Shown here piece by piece: positions 39,022 to 50,200 of a DNA stretch of 64,000 bases (positions are counted from its first letter, which is position 1; every line of letters starts with the position of its first letter). Under the pieces are notes generated by a model. It made no database searches. It worked only from the letters and a program-made list of their open reading frames with translations, and was not told the DNA's origin. Location: NCBI GenBank assembly GCA_963665295.1, contig OY762209.1, forward strand, positions 2,432,001 through 2,496,000. The letters are read 5' to 3'. The position numbers were made by a program, and so were the translations under genes. Source of the stretch: Syntrophorhabdaceae bacterium. GTDB lineage: Bacteria > Desulfobacterota > Syntrophorhabdia > Syntrophorhabdales > Syntrophorhabdaceae.

Positions 39022-40395
39022 TTACCCGCCTTTTTTTATTTGGTTTGCCGCCACATGAGCGGCGATGAGAATAGGGTCCCACACTGTTGCAAAGGGAGGA
39101 GCGTAGGCGAGGTCAAGCCTCGATACGTCCTCCACGGTCATCCTCGCATGGAGGCAGGCGGCAAGGGTGTCGATCCTGTGCGCCACGCCTTCTTTTCCTA
39201 CCATCTGCGCCCCGAGAAGCCTCCCTGTTCCCTGTTCCACGATGTAGGAGACTATGATCGGCTTTCCCGCCGGATACGCGCTGCTCCTCGAACGGCCCTG
39301 GATAGTCGAGGTGAAGTGGGCCAAGCCCTCCCTCTCCGCCTCCATGGCCGAGAGTCCCGTTCTCGCCACCTCCAGGTCGAAAACCTTGGTTACCGCAGTC
39401 CCCACGATGCCGTCGAAGACCTTGCCGGCTCCCGCCGCATTCTCGCCCGCGACGCGACCCTGCTTGTTCGCCGTGGTGCCGAGGGGCACATATACCTTCT
39501 TCCCCGTCACCAGGTGGATCGCCTCCGCACAATCACCTGCCGCGTAAATGTCCGGAACGCTCGTCTTCATAAATTCGTCCACCCTGATCGCCCCGCTCAC
39601 GCCTAGTTCCAGGCCCGCGTCCTTTGCGAGAAGCGAATTGGGCCGCGCTCCCACGCAGAGGAGGGCGAGGTCCGCTTCGAATTCCCCTTTATCCGTCACG
39701 ACGCCCGTTACGGTTCCGTTCTTTCCATTAAACCCCAGGACGGAAGTCTCCCTATGAAATATCACGCCTTTTGCCGCTATCTCTTTCTCTACGACTTCCG
39801 CTATCTCGGAATTCATGGTGCCCAGGACGCGATCGGTTCTTTCGATGACCGTTACGTCGAGCCCTCTCTTGCGGAATGACTCGCACATCTCCATGCCGAT
39901 ATATCCTCCGCCCACGATGACGGCCCTGGAGGGTCCCTGCCTGTCGATATACTTTTTGATGTTTATCCCATCGTCGAGGGTCCTTATAGTGAAGACATGG
40001 TCCAGGTCTATCCCGGGCAGAGGGGGCTTTACGGGCAGACCGCCCGTTGCGATCACCAGTTTGTCAAACCTTATGGGCAACTCTTCGCCTGAAGCCCTGC
40101 TTTTGACGAGGACCGACTTTTCCTTCACATCGATCTTCAATACCTCGTGACAGGTGAAGACCCGGATTCCCCGCTCTATTTCCGCCTCTTCAGGGGTCAA
40201 AGAGATGAGGTCCTTGAATTCCTTCACGTCATCGGAGATAAAATAGGGGACGCTGCATAGCCCGTAAGAAATGTAAGAGTCCTTCTCGAAGACCAGAACT
40301 TCCATCCCCGGTTTCACCCGTTTGGCGCCGCTCGCAGCGCTCATGCCTGCCGCAACACCCCCGATTACCACCAACTGTTCCTTTGGACTCATCAT
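39022..40395 (-). CDS. cdr: CoA-disulfide reductase / NADH oxidase family flavoprotein
   Basis: GGVAAGMSAA, SYGLC, ATGG, GGGYIG, AAGD, LGTTANKQG, DLAYAPPF. Confidence 0.85.
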   Translation of the reverse strand: MMSPKEQLVVIGGVAAGMSAASGAKRVKPGMEVLVFEKDSYISYGLCSVPYFISDDVKEFKDLISLTPEEAEIERGIRVFTCHEVLKIDVKEKSVLVKSRASGEELPIRFDKLVIATGGLPVKPPLPGIDLDHVFTIRTLDDGINIKKYIDRQGPSRAVIVGGGYIGMEMCESFRKRGLDVTVIERTDRVLGTMNSEIAEVVEKEIAAKGVIFHRETSVLGFNGKNGTVTGVVTDKGEFEADLALLCVGARPNSLLAKDAGLELGVSGAIRVDEFMKTSVPDIYAAGDCAEAIHLVTGKKVYVPLGTTANKQGRVAGENAAGAGKVFDGIVGTAVTKVFDLEVARTGLSAMEAEREGLAHFTSTIQGRSRSSAYPAGKPIIVSYIVEQGTGRLLGAQMVGKEGVAHRIDTLAACLHARMTVEDVSRLDLAYAPPFATVWDPILIAAHVAANQIKKGG

Positions 40396-40639
40396 TCGCC
40401 TCCAACGATCAATGGGACTCCATGAAGCTGTCGCGCCTCGCAGCCCCTCCCACGAGAGAAACCGCACCTGCCGGAAGGTGTCCGGCCCGTACGGGGGCCG
40501 TCGGCGATGCCCCCTTTTTAACGGAGCTTGCTAGAATATAGGCAGTTTTAAGGAGAAAAACCAGTAGAAGACCCGTCGCTTTGCCGCATTTTTCCCGTTT
40601 TTTTATGTCCGGATATGGTATAATGGACATCTTGAAGAT

Positions 40640-40713
40640 GCGCCCGTAGCTCAGTTGGATAGAGTGTTGGCCTCCGAAGCCAAAGGTCGTGCGTTCAAAT
40701 CGCACCGGGCGCG
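40640..40713 (+). tRNA. tRNA-Arg(CCG)
   Basis: Acceptor stem GCGCCCG/CGGGCGC, D arm GCTC..GAGT, anticodon stem TTGGC-CTCCGAA-GCCAA, T loop GTTCAAATC; CCA not encoded. Confidence 0.95.
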
Positions 40714-40752
40714 CTTAATATCATTAGGTTTTATGAAATGGTTTTTATCATC

Positions 40753-40774
40753 TTTGTGACTGGTTTGTGACTGG
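40753..40774. repeat. Tandem 11-bp repeat TTTGTGACTGG x2, probable integrase arm-type sites
   Basis: Perfect direct repeat 40 bp from the tRNA 3' end, after an AT-rich IHF-like stretch. Confidence 0.6.
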
Positions 40775-40842
40775 TCGTGTCCGGTAGTGGGGGGACGGAG
40801 TTGGTGGAGACGCTGGGGAGCGTCCCCACTGATAGTTTTAAT

Positions 40843-41238
40843 TTACTCCCACATAACCGCTTCGGCGTTCACTGGGTGCGTATCTTTCCAAGGGATTAAG
40901 GGGATCGGCTCCTCTATCACCTGTATCGAGGGAGCGCCATCCACCTCTATTTGTCGAATATTCTTGCATCCCGCCGCAATCCACCGGGTCCAGGCTTCAA
41001 GCTCGGACTCGCCGGGCTCCGGTAAGATCGCCGCCTCCACGTACATTTTGCGGTGGATGCCGCACAGATACTCCTCGGCGTGGGCCGTGAGGTAGTCCGC
41101 AAGGGCCTGCCCCTCCAGCCTCGGGGTGTTCCCGTGCCATTTATAGGCTACGCCGCCCACAGTAAGAGTGAAGAACGTGACCTGTTCATTGCCGTCGATG
41201 ATTCTGTATCCATTGGGGGTAACTGTTATCGTATCCAT
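40843..41238 (-). CDS. Phage hypothetical protein (last late gene)
   Basis: GGAGG RBS, follows the fibre gene. Confidence 0.65.
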   Translation of the reverse strand: MDTITVTPNGYRIIDGNEQVTFFTLTVGGVAYKWHGNTPRLEGQALADYLTAHAEEYLCGIHRKMYVEAAILPEPGESELEAWTRWIAAGCKNIRQIEVDGAPSIQVIEEPIPLIPWKDTHPVNAEAVMWE

Positions 41239-41247
41239 AATTCCTCC

Positions 41248-42690
41248 TTAATATTCCACTCCGAGATACCTAAACGAGAGGATGCTCAATGTCCCTGACC
41301 CGGATGCTCCGAGATTGTATGAGAGATTCCCTGTATCGTCGAGGGGCTGCTCACCGAAAAGCCACCTATTTTTACCATTGGTAATCCCGGTTATATCGTT
41401 GATGTAGCACGCTTGTGCAACCTGCTTCCCGGTCAGCCATATTCCCGTTGGTCCCGACGCCGAGGCAGATGCTGAATCTGCTACTATGACTAACACCTTT
41501 ATCAGTTTAGCTCCAGCTCCAATCTTCCCCAAAGAATCCACTTGGATATCCAGGGGGAGGTTCCCGGTAGTAGACCAGCCAGAGGTATTGTTGAATATGC
41601 TACTCTCGATAAAAGCGTCGAGCCATATAACCTGGTTTGGCTTGGGGCTGTAGTTCCCCTCTCCAATCGAACTGCCGAAGACGAGCATGGGTTGGCTGAA
41701 ATATGCCGTTGTGCTCGTGCCGGACAGGAGATACACCATGTATTCGCCTGCCGTCGTTGACATGTCCTTTGTAACTTCCAGCCACTCGAAAGTTCCCCCG
41801 CCTGTATGATACGCCGAGTAAGACGTATTGTTCCCGTCCGAAATAGCCAGTCGGGCCTTGTTCGCGGATGAGCATTTTACCCATGCCCCTAGACTCACGG
41901 GGCGCCCGGCAAACGTGGCGACATGCTCGGGATTCACGGAGCCCTGGGATACATAACCGTTTGATGCCCCTCCCGTCATTTTAAGTCCGTAGAAACTCCC
42001 CGATTTTGTATTATCCCCTTTGTATTCCCGGTAAAGGAGCGTATCAGTTGATTTCTTCCATTCATCAGGTCCCTTCGTGTCCGCCCCCACGCAGCCGGGG
42101 GTGACTTCGTAGAGAGCTACGGAGTCGAAGAGCATGGTGCCGGAGGTGGACGTATTCTTGAAAAGCATTATCATATGGTTCGTAATTGTGGCTTTAAATG
42201 TAAGCGTCATGGCTACCCATGAAGATGAGGTCGTTATGGAGGAAGAGTATAGTATGTTCCCCCCCTCGTCGCCTATCGCAATGGTGCATGATTCATTGCC
42301 GCTGGTCCCCGACTTCACGTAGGCGACAAGCCTGTAGAGTTTGCCAATAGTTAGTCCTGTCAGGCTCTGTTTTGCGCCCTGGCCTATCCACCCGGTCCTG
42401 GTCATCTCAAGGCAATTACCTGACTGGCCTCCTGCTATACTCGCAACGGAACACTGATCTGTTGTCCATCCTGTTGTATCGCTGTCGAATCCGCCGTTCG
42501 TTGCAAGATTACCCCCCACGTTCTCAAGTGTTGAGTTGCTCCAACTTTCCCAACCCGTGTTGGTTAGCAGATTCTGAAGCACGAGGTCATTTACCGCGTT
42601 TTCAATGGCGGTTGCGTTGGCGTCATGATCCGTATCGGTCAGGGGCGCCCCTTTTTCACTTCTTCTGAGCAAATCCAGTCGATTTGTCAT
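41248..42690 (-). CDS. Phage fibre/receptor-binding protein with carbohydrate-binding (CBM4/9-like) modules
   Basis: KGAPLT..DHDAN N-terminus, NLATNGGFD..GW and F.FDSVALYE jelly-roll motifs; lower GC than neighbours. Confidence 0.65.
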   Translation of the reverse strand: MTNRLDLLRRSEKGAPLTDTDHDANATAIENAVNDLVLQNLLTNTGWESWSNSTLENVGGNLATNGGFDSDTTGWTTDQCSVASIAGGQSGNCLEMTRTGWIGQGAKQSLTGLTIGKLYRLVAYVKSGTSGNESCTIAIGDEGGNILYSSSITTSSSWVAMTLTFKATITNHMIMLFKNTSTSGTMLFDSVALYEVTPGCVGADTKGPDEWKKSTDTLLYREYKGDNTKSGSFYGLKMTGGASNGYVSQGSVNPEHVATFAGRPVSLGAWVKCSSANKARLAISDGNNTSYSAYHTGGGTFEWLEVTKDMSTTAGEYMVYLLSGTSTTAYFSQPMLVFGSSIGEGNYSPKPNQVIWLDAFIESSIFNNTSGWSTTGNLPLDIQVDSLGKIGAGAKLIKVLVIVADSASASASGPTGIWLTGKQVAQACYINDITGITNGKNRWLFGEQPLDDTGNLSYNLGASGSGTLSILSFRYLGVEY

Positions 42691-42691
42691 T

Positions 42692-45600
42692 TTATAACCT
42701 CCAGCCTATTAGAATGATGGATGAGTTTGCGGATGATACCTGGTAGTAAACGTCGCCCGTGGAATTTATCATTTCCCCGGTGACCCAGTTGTACCTGTTC
42801 GTGGGGAATATCCCGAAGGACAACCCCCCTGACGAGGCTGCGGAAAACCTGCCGTAAAAGCCACCGAACCCGTCGGAGTCCGAGGCCATGCCCACGGTGT
42901 TCCCGTTGGTGCCGACGACGTATTTCATCCGCGTCCCGAGGATCGGTGGAATCATCCTCGACGGTAAGGCCGTCCAGGCGTCCGCAGTGAGGCTGCCATC
43001 CACGTAAAACGCCGAATAGATGCTCATGTAGGCCGCCAACTCGTTCCCGATCTGCCGCGCGTAGCACAGGTGAGATGAGTCATGGCAGTAATTGAGACCC
43101 AATCGGGCATAATAGGTGTATCCGCTCGGCAAGGTGGGAGACGTCGCACTCAGAGACAGGAGAAGCCTGCTCGCCTCAGTGGTGGGGTTGTAGAGCAAGT
43201 AGAGATACCACCAGTTTACGGCGAGACTCCCGGTGTCCACAATGGCGGTGTAGCTGACCCCCGAGATGCTCACGGAGGTCAGCTTCTTCGGGGCACCGGA
43301 GGAAGTCTGAAGGATTACCTCGTCGGCGGTCAGGGACAGGGAGCCCGAATACGTTATCTGGAGGCCGCGCGTGATACCCATGACCCCGAGGGAATCGCCC
43401 ATCACGCCCTGAGATCCCGTAGGTCCCTGCGAGCCCTGCGCGCCCGAAGCTCCTTGGGAGCCTTGAGCGCCCTCTGCACCGGTCGTCCCCTGTGCTCCCT
43501 GCGGACCTGTTGCGCCCGTTGGGCCTTGCGCCCCGGTAGGCCCGGTTGTTCCCTGCTGGCCCTGGGGACCGGTTGCTCCGATCAAGCCTTGAGGGCCTTG
43601 AGAGCCGGTGGAACCGGCGGGGCCTTGCGTTCCCTGGATACCCTGCGCCCCGGTAGGGCCTTGTACCCCCTGGGTTCCTTCGGGGCCCTGCGTGCCTTGA
43701 GGGCCGTCTGCTCCGGTGGCTCCCTGAGAACCCGTGGAACCGGTTGCGCCTTGGTTGCCCTGAGGGCCGGTCGCTCCTGTGAGGCCTTGTGCCCCCTGCG
43801 GACCCGTGGAACCTGACGGGCCTTGCGTGCCCTGGACTCCCTGGGCTCCGGATGTTCCCTGTGTTCCCTGTGTACCGGTCGTCCCCTGCACTCCCTGCGG
43901 GCCTTGTGCCCCGGCCACTCCCTGAGAGCCGGTCGGCCCCGTGGGGCCCTGCGTTCCCTGGGCTCCCATCGATCCCTGGGGACCGGTGAGGTATATCTGC
44001 CGGGCCTTCGCCGTCAGTTCGGAGGTTGTGAGGACGCGGCTGTAGACGGCAAGCTCCGTCACATACCCGTCGAGGTAATGGAGGGAGTTGTACACATTTT
44101 CGACATACACTCCCGGCGTGTAGACCGCTGCATTGACAGGGACGGGAATACCTGCATCGACGATGGTGGAGGAAAATGAGACGCCGTCGATCTTGAGAAC
44201 GGCTGTCTCGCAGTTGCCGTTGAAGGTGAAGGAGCAGAAGTGTTCCGCTCCGGATGCGAGGGCGGAGCCCACATTGAAATAGTTGTTCGTGCCGGCGATC
44301 ACCACATGGTTGGCGGCACTTTCCTGGTAGAGGAAGGCATTGAGGGAGACGTTCGAACCTTTAGTGACCGCGTCCGTGTCGAGGAATATTCTCCACAGGA
44401 CGGTTCCGGGGCCTCCCGCCGACATGGCGAGGTCGGCCCAGGCGATATAATCGGCGGCGCCGTCCTGGTTGTAGACGATCCTCCCGAACATATCGAGGCG
44501 GGTGCCGTGGGTGAGTGACGACTCGACGGTGAGATTGCTTCCCGAGACGTCCAGGACGCCGGTGGATTGGAGAAGGGGGGCATAGAGGAGGCACCCGCTT
44601 TCCATCTGCGCGTTGCCGTAGCCTATATCACCTGTCGCTCCCTGATTGCCCTGCGCGCCTGTCGGGCCTTGAGCGCCCTGCGGCCCCTCGGCTCCTGACG
44701 GGCCTTGAGAACCGGTGGAACCGGTTGTTCCCTGGTTGCCCTGAGGACCGGTTGCGCCCGCCGCGCCTTGTGAACCCTGCGCGCCCGCTGCGCCTTGAGC
44801 GCCGGTCACACCCGCCGCTCCCTGGACGCCTTGATTGCCCTGGGCCCCGGTGGGGCCTTGCGTTCCCTGGACGCCTGCCGCGCCTGCGGGGCCCTGCTGG
44901 CCCTGGGGACCGGTTGCGCCCGTTGACCCCGTAGCCCCTTCCACTCCCTGGGCTCCCTGCAAGCCCGAGGGACCGGTTTCTCCCATGGGGCCTTGAGCGC
45001 CGGTCACTCCCTGCGCTCCCTGCACTCCCTGCGCTCCGGCAGAACCTGTCGGGCCTTGCGGGCCTTGAGAACCTTGAGCACCGGCAGTTCCCTGGGCTCC
45101 GGTCGGTCCTTGATCACCCTGGTGACCCTGGCTTCCCTGGGCTCCGGTTGATCCTTGCACGCCTGTCGCGCCTTGATCGCCCTGGTGGCCTTGCGGACCC
45201 TGAGAACCTGTGAGGCCCTGAGGACCGGTTGCACCCTGGGCTCCGGTCTCCCCGGATGGGCCTTGAGAACCTTGAGCGCCTGCGGCTCCCTGTGCTCCCT
45301 GCGGGCCTTGTGCCCCGGCCACTCCCTGAGAGCCGGTGACGCCGACGGCCCCCTGGCTTCCTTGAGCGCCTTGCGTGCCCGACGGGCCTTGCGTGCCCTG
45401 GACGCCTTGAGAGCCCGTGAGTCCCTGAGCCCCTTGGGCTCCTGTCGCGCCTTGATCACCCTGGTGGCCCTGGCTCCCCTGGGCTCCGGTTGATCCTTGG
45501 GGACCGGTTGCGCCTTGATCACCCTGGTGGCCTTGCGGACCCTGAGAACCGGTGAGGCCCTGAGAACCGGTTGCGCCGGCGGGGCCCTGCGCGCCCTGAA

Positions 45601-45958
45601 CGCCCTGAGAACCGGATGGGCCTTGAGAACCCTGAGCGCCCACAGGGCCTTGATCACCCTGGTGGCCCTGGCTCCCCTGGGCTCCGGTTGATCCTTGGGG
45701 ACCGGTTGATCCTTGATCGCCCTGGTGGCCTTGAGAACCGGTTGCTCCCGTGGGACCTTGTGAACCGGTTGTGCCTGAGGGGCCTTGCGATCCCTGGGTA
45801 CCTTGCGGCCCTGATGGACCCTGGGATCCTTGCGGGCCGTCAGGGCCTTGAGGGCCTGTCGCTCCCGTGGGACCTTGCGGACCCTGGGGGCCGGTGATCT
45901 CCGCGACAAGACGCTGCTTTGAAAGTGAGCCGTCGGCACGCTCGACGATAGTGGGCAC
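42692..45958 (-). CDS. Collagen-like phage tail fibre with internal LamG-like domain
   Basis: Two long Gly-X-Y tracts ([12 protein letters not shown]) flanking a domain ending [17 protein letters not shown]-terminal [10 protein letters not shown] domain. Confidence 0.85.
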   Translation of the reverse strand: MPTIVERADGSLSKQRLVAEITGPQGPQGPTGATGPQGPDGPQGSQGPSGPQGTQGSQGPSGTTGSQGPTGATGSQGHQGDQGSTGPQGSTGAQGSQGHQGDQGPVGAQGSQGPSGSQGVQGAQGPAGATGSQGLTGSQGPQGHQGDQGATGPQGSTGAQGSQGHQGDQGATGAQGAQGLTGSQGVQGTQGPSGTQGAQGSQGAVGVTGSQGVAGAQGPQGAQGAAGAQGSQGPSGETGAQGATGPQGLTGSQGPQGHQGDQGATGVQGSTGAQGSQGHQGDQGPTGAQGTAGAQGSQGPQGPTGSAGAQGVQGAQGVTGAQGPMGETGPSGLQGAQGVEGATGSTGATGPQGQQGPAGAAGVQGTQGPTGAQGNQGVQGAAGVTGAQGAAGAQGSQGAAGATGPQGNQGTTGSTGSQGPSGAEGPQGAQGPTGAQGNQGATGDIGYGNAQMESGCLLYAPLLQSTGVLDVSGSNLTVESSLTHGTRLDMFGRIVYNQDGAADYIAWADLAMSAGGPGTVLWRIFLDTDAVTKGSNVSLNAFLYQESAANHVVIAGTNNYFNVGSALASGAEHFCSFTFNGNCETAVLKIDGVSFSSTIVDAGIPVPVNAAVYTPGVYVENVYNSLHYLDGYVTELAVYSRVLTTSELTAKARQIYLTGPQGSMGAQGTQGPTGPTGSQGVAGAQGPQGVQGTTGTQGTQGTSGAQGVQGTQGPSGSTGPQGAQGLTGATGPQGNQGATGSTGSQGATGADGPQGTQGPEGTQGVQGPTGAQGIQGTQGPAGSTGSQGPQGLIGATGPQGQQGTTGPTGAQGPTGATGPQGAQGTTGAEGAQGSQGASGAQGSQGPTGSQGVMGDSLGVMGITRGLQITYSGSLSLTADEVILQTSSGAPKKLTSVSISGVSYTAIVDTGSLAVNWWYLYLLYNPTTEASRLLLSLSATSPTLPSGYTYYARLGLNYCHDSSHLCYARQIGNELAAYMSIYSAFYVDGSLTADAWTALPSRMIPPILGTRMKYVVGTNGNTVGMASDSDGFGGFYGRFSAASSGGLSFGIFPTNRYNWVTGEMINSTGDVYYQVSSANSSIILIGWRL

Positions 45959-45961
45959 GGG

Positions 45962-47269
45962 TTATACCTCCAAAGCTCCGTGATACTTTCTCTTCAACGA
46001 TTTCACCGCGAAGAGATGCGCCTCCACATAAGGAATGAGGTTATCCGCGCAAAATCCCGGCGGTGTCCAGGTGACGATCTTCATGGCCTGGAACCGGCAT
46101 TTTGCCTTACCGTGGAGGTATTTCTGATGCGATGCCTTCGTGTAGTACCAGAAGCTGTTCTGGTTCCAGAAACTCACATGAGTCGGGTCCTGGAAGGCTC
46201 CGCGGCCGTCCGTGGAAGGGACGGAGATGAGGAAGAACCCACCGTCGGCGAGAACCCGGTATGCCTCGTTCATGGTGTGGATGGGGTCGCGCAGGTGCTC
46301 GATCGCGTCGGAGGCGCGGATGACGCCCACCGAGTTGTCCGCGAGCGGCCAGGGACCGTTAAGGTCGGCGTTTATGTCCCCGCCGGCGAGGTCGATGGAA
46401 GTGAAGCCCAGGGCCTTGTCCACCCCTCCGCAAAGGTCGATCTTGTCAAGGCCGTTGATATCAGCCCACCTTTCCGCGAGACGGAAGATGTATTTGTTGT
46501 AATTGGCCCACATACCGTCCTGGACTGCCTGGTTGTTTTCGAGCCAGGTGTTCGACTTGTCGTTGTGGACCCGGTACACGTAGAGGCATTTGTCGATGTG
46601 GACCATTTCCCTGTGGAGGTAGAAACGGCAAATAAGGTCATGGTCGTCGGCCACTTTGAGGGCGGGGTCGTGGCCGCCTACCTCCCAATAGTCTTTCGCG
46701 CGCCAAGCGCGGACGTGGTCCGGGGCGAACCAGATGCGGCTCAGATTCTGAGGCTCCGGGGCGGGCGCGATCGTCTCGAGGAGGGTCCTTTTCCGGAATA
46801 CGAACTTCCTCGTCTCCCACCCGAAGTCCGCGCCCCACTGAAGGGGCTTCCAGTCGTCGTCCACCAGGGCGGTATTGGAATAGACGAAGCAGGCATCGGG
46901 GTGAGACTCAAAGGCCTTGAGGATCTCCGCGAGGGCGTTGGGGGTGAGGAGATCGTCGTGATCCACCTCGACAATTATTTCGCCTGTCGCGTGCTCGCAG
47001 GCGACGCGCTTGAGAGCGCCCACGCCGGGAGGCTCTACACCTTCTTTTGGCGGGGGAGTCTCCACGAGCCTGATCGGCCGGGGATCGTCGTCCACATAGC
47101 AGGCGGCGTTGAAATCCTCCGGAGTTACTCCTCCGTTCAAGACGACCACCCATTCCCATGCCGTGTGGCTCTGGGCCGTGAGGGATTGGTACAGGTCCTT
47201 GATGTATTTGAGGTTGTGGGTCGGGGTAATGACCGAAATGGTGGGACCCTGATCACGTACTGGTTTCAT
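45962..47269 (-). CDS. GT2 glycosyltransferase fused to a SAM-dependent methyltransferase-like domain
   Basis: ISVITPT, EVDHDD (DxD), ADDHDL; then IDLCGG, EHL, YRVLADGG, DPTH. ATG overlaps the tail-tip stop (TAATG). Confidence 0.85.
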   Translation of the reverse strand: MKPVRDQGPTISVITPTHNLKYIKDLYQSLTAQSHTAWEWVVVLNGGVTPEDFNAACYVDDDPRPIRLVETPPPKEGVEPPGVGALKRVACEHATGEIIVEVDHDDLLTPNALAEILKAFESHPDACFVYSNTALVDDDWKPLQWGADFGWETRKFVFRKRTLLETIAPAPEPQNLSRIWFAPDHVRAWRAKDYWEVGGHDPALKVADDHDLICRFYLHREMVHIDKCLYVYRVHNDKSNTWLENNQAVQDGMWANYNKYIFRLAERWADINGLDKIDLCGGVDKALGFTSIDLAGGDINADLNGPWPLADNSVGVIRASDAIEHLRDPIHTMNEAYRVLADGGFFLISVPSTDGRGAFQDPTHVSFWNQNSFWYYTKASHQKYLHGKAKCRFQAMKIVTWTPPGFCADNLIPYVEAHLFAVKSLKRKYHGALEV

Positions 47270-50200
47270 TAATATCTCCATGGGCTGGGGTCGGTGCAGA
47301 CGAGGTAGTCCCTCACCACCGGACCCTTGCCGTTTTCGTCGTTGGTGAGGGCAAACCTCACCGCGTAGTCCGTGCCGGGATGCGCGATCGCCACCGTGCC
47401 GCCCGTGCTGTTTATTCCATGCTCCGTGTCGAGTACCGTTTGCCAGTTCGCGGCACCGTCGAAGGTTACTTCCATTTTGAGGAATCCGAAGCCGCCGCCC
47501 TGGATGGAGTCTTCCCACGCGCAGAAGGCAATCATGTAGGCCGGGTTGTCGTCTTTCAGGGAATAGGCCCCGCTTGCGGGGGTCCCGCTCACGGCGATGG
47601 TATTCGGCGTGTTGCCCATCACATTGAAGGCTGTCCCGGTTGCGTCCAGGAGGGTGAGGTTCTTGCACTGGTCCGTGTACCAGGTCTTGTCCACGTCGAT
47701 GAGGTGTCCCGCGCCGGCCTCGCCTATTCCCGTCTCGATGGTGGTCATGGACGGGTAGTCGGCGGACACGAAACCCGAGACGGTGCCGGGGTTGCTGTTT
47801 GCCTGGATCACCGCGCCGTTGGCGATCACCGCGGGGTTGGTCGAAGGGTCTGGGTCGGCGCGCTTGCTCTTGTCGGCGAACCCGTCGAAGATGGCGAATT
47901 GAGCCCACGACGCGTACTGGAAATTGAGTTTCATGATGTCCAGTTCCAGGTCGGTGTCGGCTTCGGTGGAAGACCCCGCCGTCGAGATCAATTTCGTCTC
48001 CGCGGCGGGAGAGGAGGCGGGGACCTGATCCGTGGTCACGCACACTTCATAGGTGCTGCTCGCGTCCACGGCGGGGATAGTGTACCTCGTGATCGTGGTG
48101 GAGCCGGAGAGCGTCCAGTCGCCCGTGCTTCCGTCGTCCTCTACCTTCCGGTAATAGACGTTCGCCTGGGCGAGGGTCGTGTCGGCGGGAACGGAATAGG
48201 TCACGGCGATATTCTGCACCGTGGTCCCCTCCTCGTCCTCGTAGGCCTCGATGGAGAGAGCAAGGTCCTCGACGTAGGAGGTGGGCCGGGAAAAGATGGG
48301 GATTTGCTTGTCCGGGGGACCGTCGGCGAGGGCGGCGGCTACGTAGTTCTTGAGCTCGAAGGCTACCCGCATGTCCTCCGTCATGTCGAGCGACTTTATG
48401 GTGTACACCTGCTCGGGGCATTTTCCGAGGATAAAGGGGTCGAAACGGGACGGGGCGGAGCTGAAGGCGGGGGAGACCGTCACGGTGCGGTGCGTGCCGG
48501 GGGCGCTCGTCACGGGGCGAAGCTCGATCTTTCTCCCGAGGGCGGGGTCGGTGATTCGCACCTTGATCCACCACGTTTCTCCGGAGGCGACGGTCACATC
48601 CTCGTCAAGCTCCACCGCTGTGGTCGTGGCGGAGACCACCGCGCCGTTGATTCCCCAGTCGGGGTGGTTGGGCTGCCACGTGATCCGGTCGCCGATCGTC
48701 AGGCCCGTGGAGGAGAGGTCCGATACGAGGTCCACCGATTCGTCTTCCAGCTCGTCCTTCTTGAGCTGGTAATACCCGTGTCTCGTTGACTCGGTCTGCG
48801 ACGTGCAGCCGATGAGATCGATGCTCGCCGTCCTTGTCCTTCCCGCCTGGGAATCATTCACGACCCTGATCGGGGTCTGGGCGTAATCGTTGTCACGGTC
48901 GAGGATCGTCCCCTCCAGGGAGGCAAACTTTTCACGGGCGGGCGCAAAGACCGTGTGGGCCGCGCCTTTTTCCATGTCCCTTACCGTGATCACGTCCACC
49001 GGGTCGCCCGGTTTGTCGATGGCGAGGGTAACCTCCGTGCCGAGCCAGACGTGGGTAAAATGGCCTATCTTCTCCACCGCCTGCGCCGCCTCGTGCACGG
49101 AGAGATCGCTGTCGAAGGTGCCGTTGAAGGTATGACGCGGCTCGGTTCCGCCCGCGCCGTCGTCCACCGCGCCGGCGTTGTACTCCTCAAGGTCCACGTA
49201 CTTTTCGAGGTCGAGCTTCGCCGGGTCTATTTCCCCGTCGTACCGCACCACGTTGAGATCGTTGTCGAGAACGGGGCGGGTGAGGACGTCCCAATCGACC
49301 CACGCGGGCCGGTCGGAGTGCTGGACGGTCCAGGTCTCCGTAGCCGCGTCGTAGGTCTTCACGAGGGATGCCTTCATCACCACCCTGACCTTGATGCTCG
49401 ACAAGCCTTCCACGGCGAGGGCCTTGATCCCGAGGAGGACGTGGCGGGGATATTCGAACCTATCGCTCACCACGGTCCGGAGGGCCGTGAGGGTCGTCTC
49501 GTTCATCGAGGACGAGGCGTTCGACTTCTCGTTGGTGAGCTTGGTGAGGCGATACCGGTACTTGATCCCGTTGGTGGTCTCGTCGGCCCTCACCGTGCGC
49601 CGGACCACACTCGCCCCGCTCCCGTTGATCTTGAGGGTATTCTCGAAGGCGGTGCCCACGCGCGCCGAACCGGTGAACCAATGCCAGAAGTCACGGCGAT
49701 ACCCGTAGGTGAATCCATCCTCATCGGCGGCATAGTCGTGCGCGTACTCGTCGCCCTCGTGATGCGCCGTGGAGGTCGTGGTGCCGGCGGCCACTTCTTC
49801 CCAGACCTGCTTGCCGTCCGCCTGCTCGATCCAGTGGCCCGCGCTCCATTTGCCGTTGAAATTCACCGTGTGGTCGGAGGTTGCCCGGCGGGTGATTGTC
49901 TTCCAGTTTTCAGTGCCTTCCTCGGCGATCTCCAAACGCATCACCACCGAGCTGGAGACGATCCCTCCCGAGACGGAATAACACCCCTTGAGGCACGAGA
50001 TGTCGAATTCGAGACCCGTGAAATTGTCCGCTTCCGTAGTCTCGACGTAGGGGTAGAGGCCCGCCTCCACCCACCGGACGCCTTTCGCCTTGACGAGGGA
50101 ATTCGGGACGTCCGCCCACGGAACGCCGTCGGTTCCGCCCGTGATCCAGTATTGGGTCCAGTTGACCCCCGTCCCGGGAAGGTTGTTGTTGCCCTTGGTG

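Noticed and set aside
45962..48043. 693-aa version of the glycosyltransferase ORF
   Set aside because: The N-terminal 258 aa are an alternative frame of the tail-tip gene; the real start is ATG 47269.
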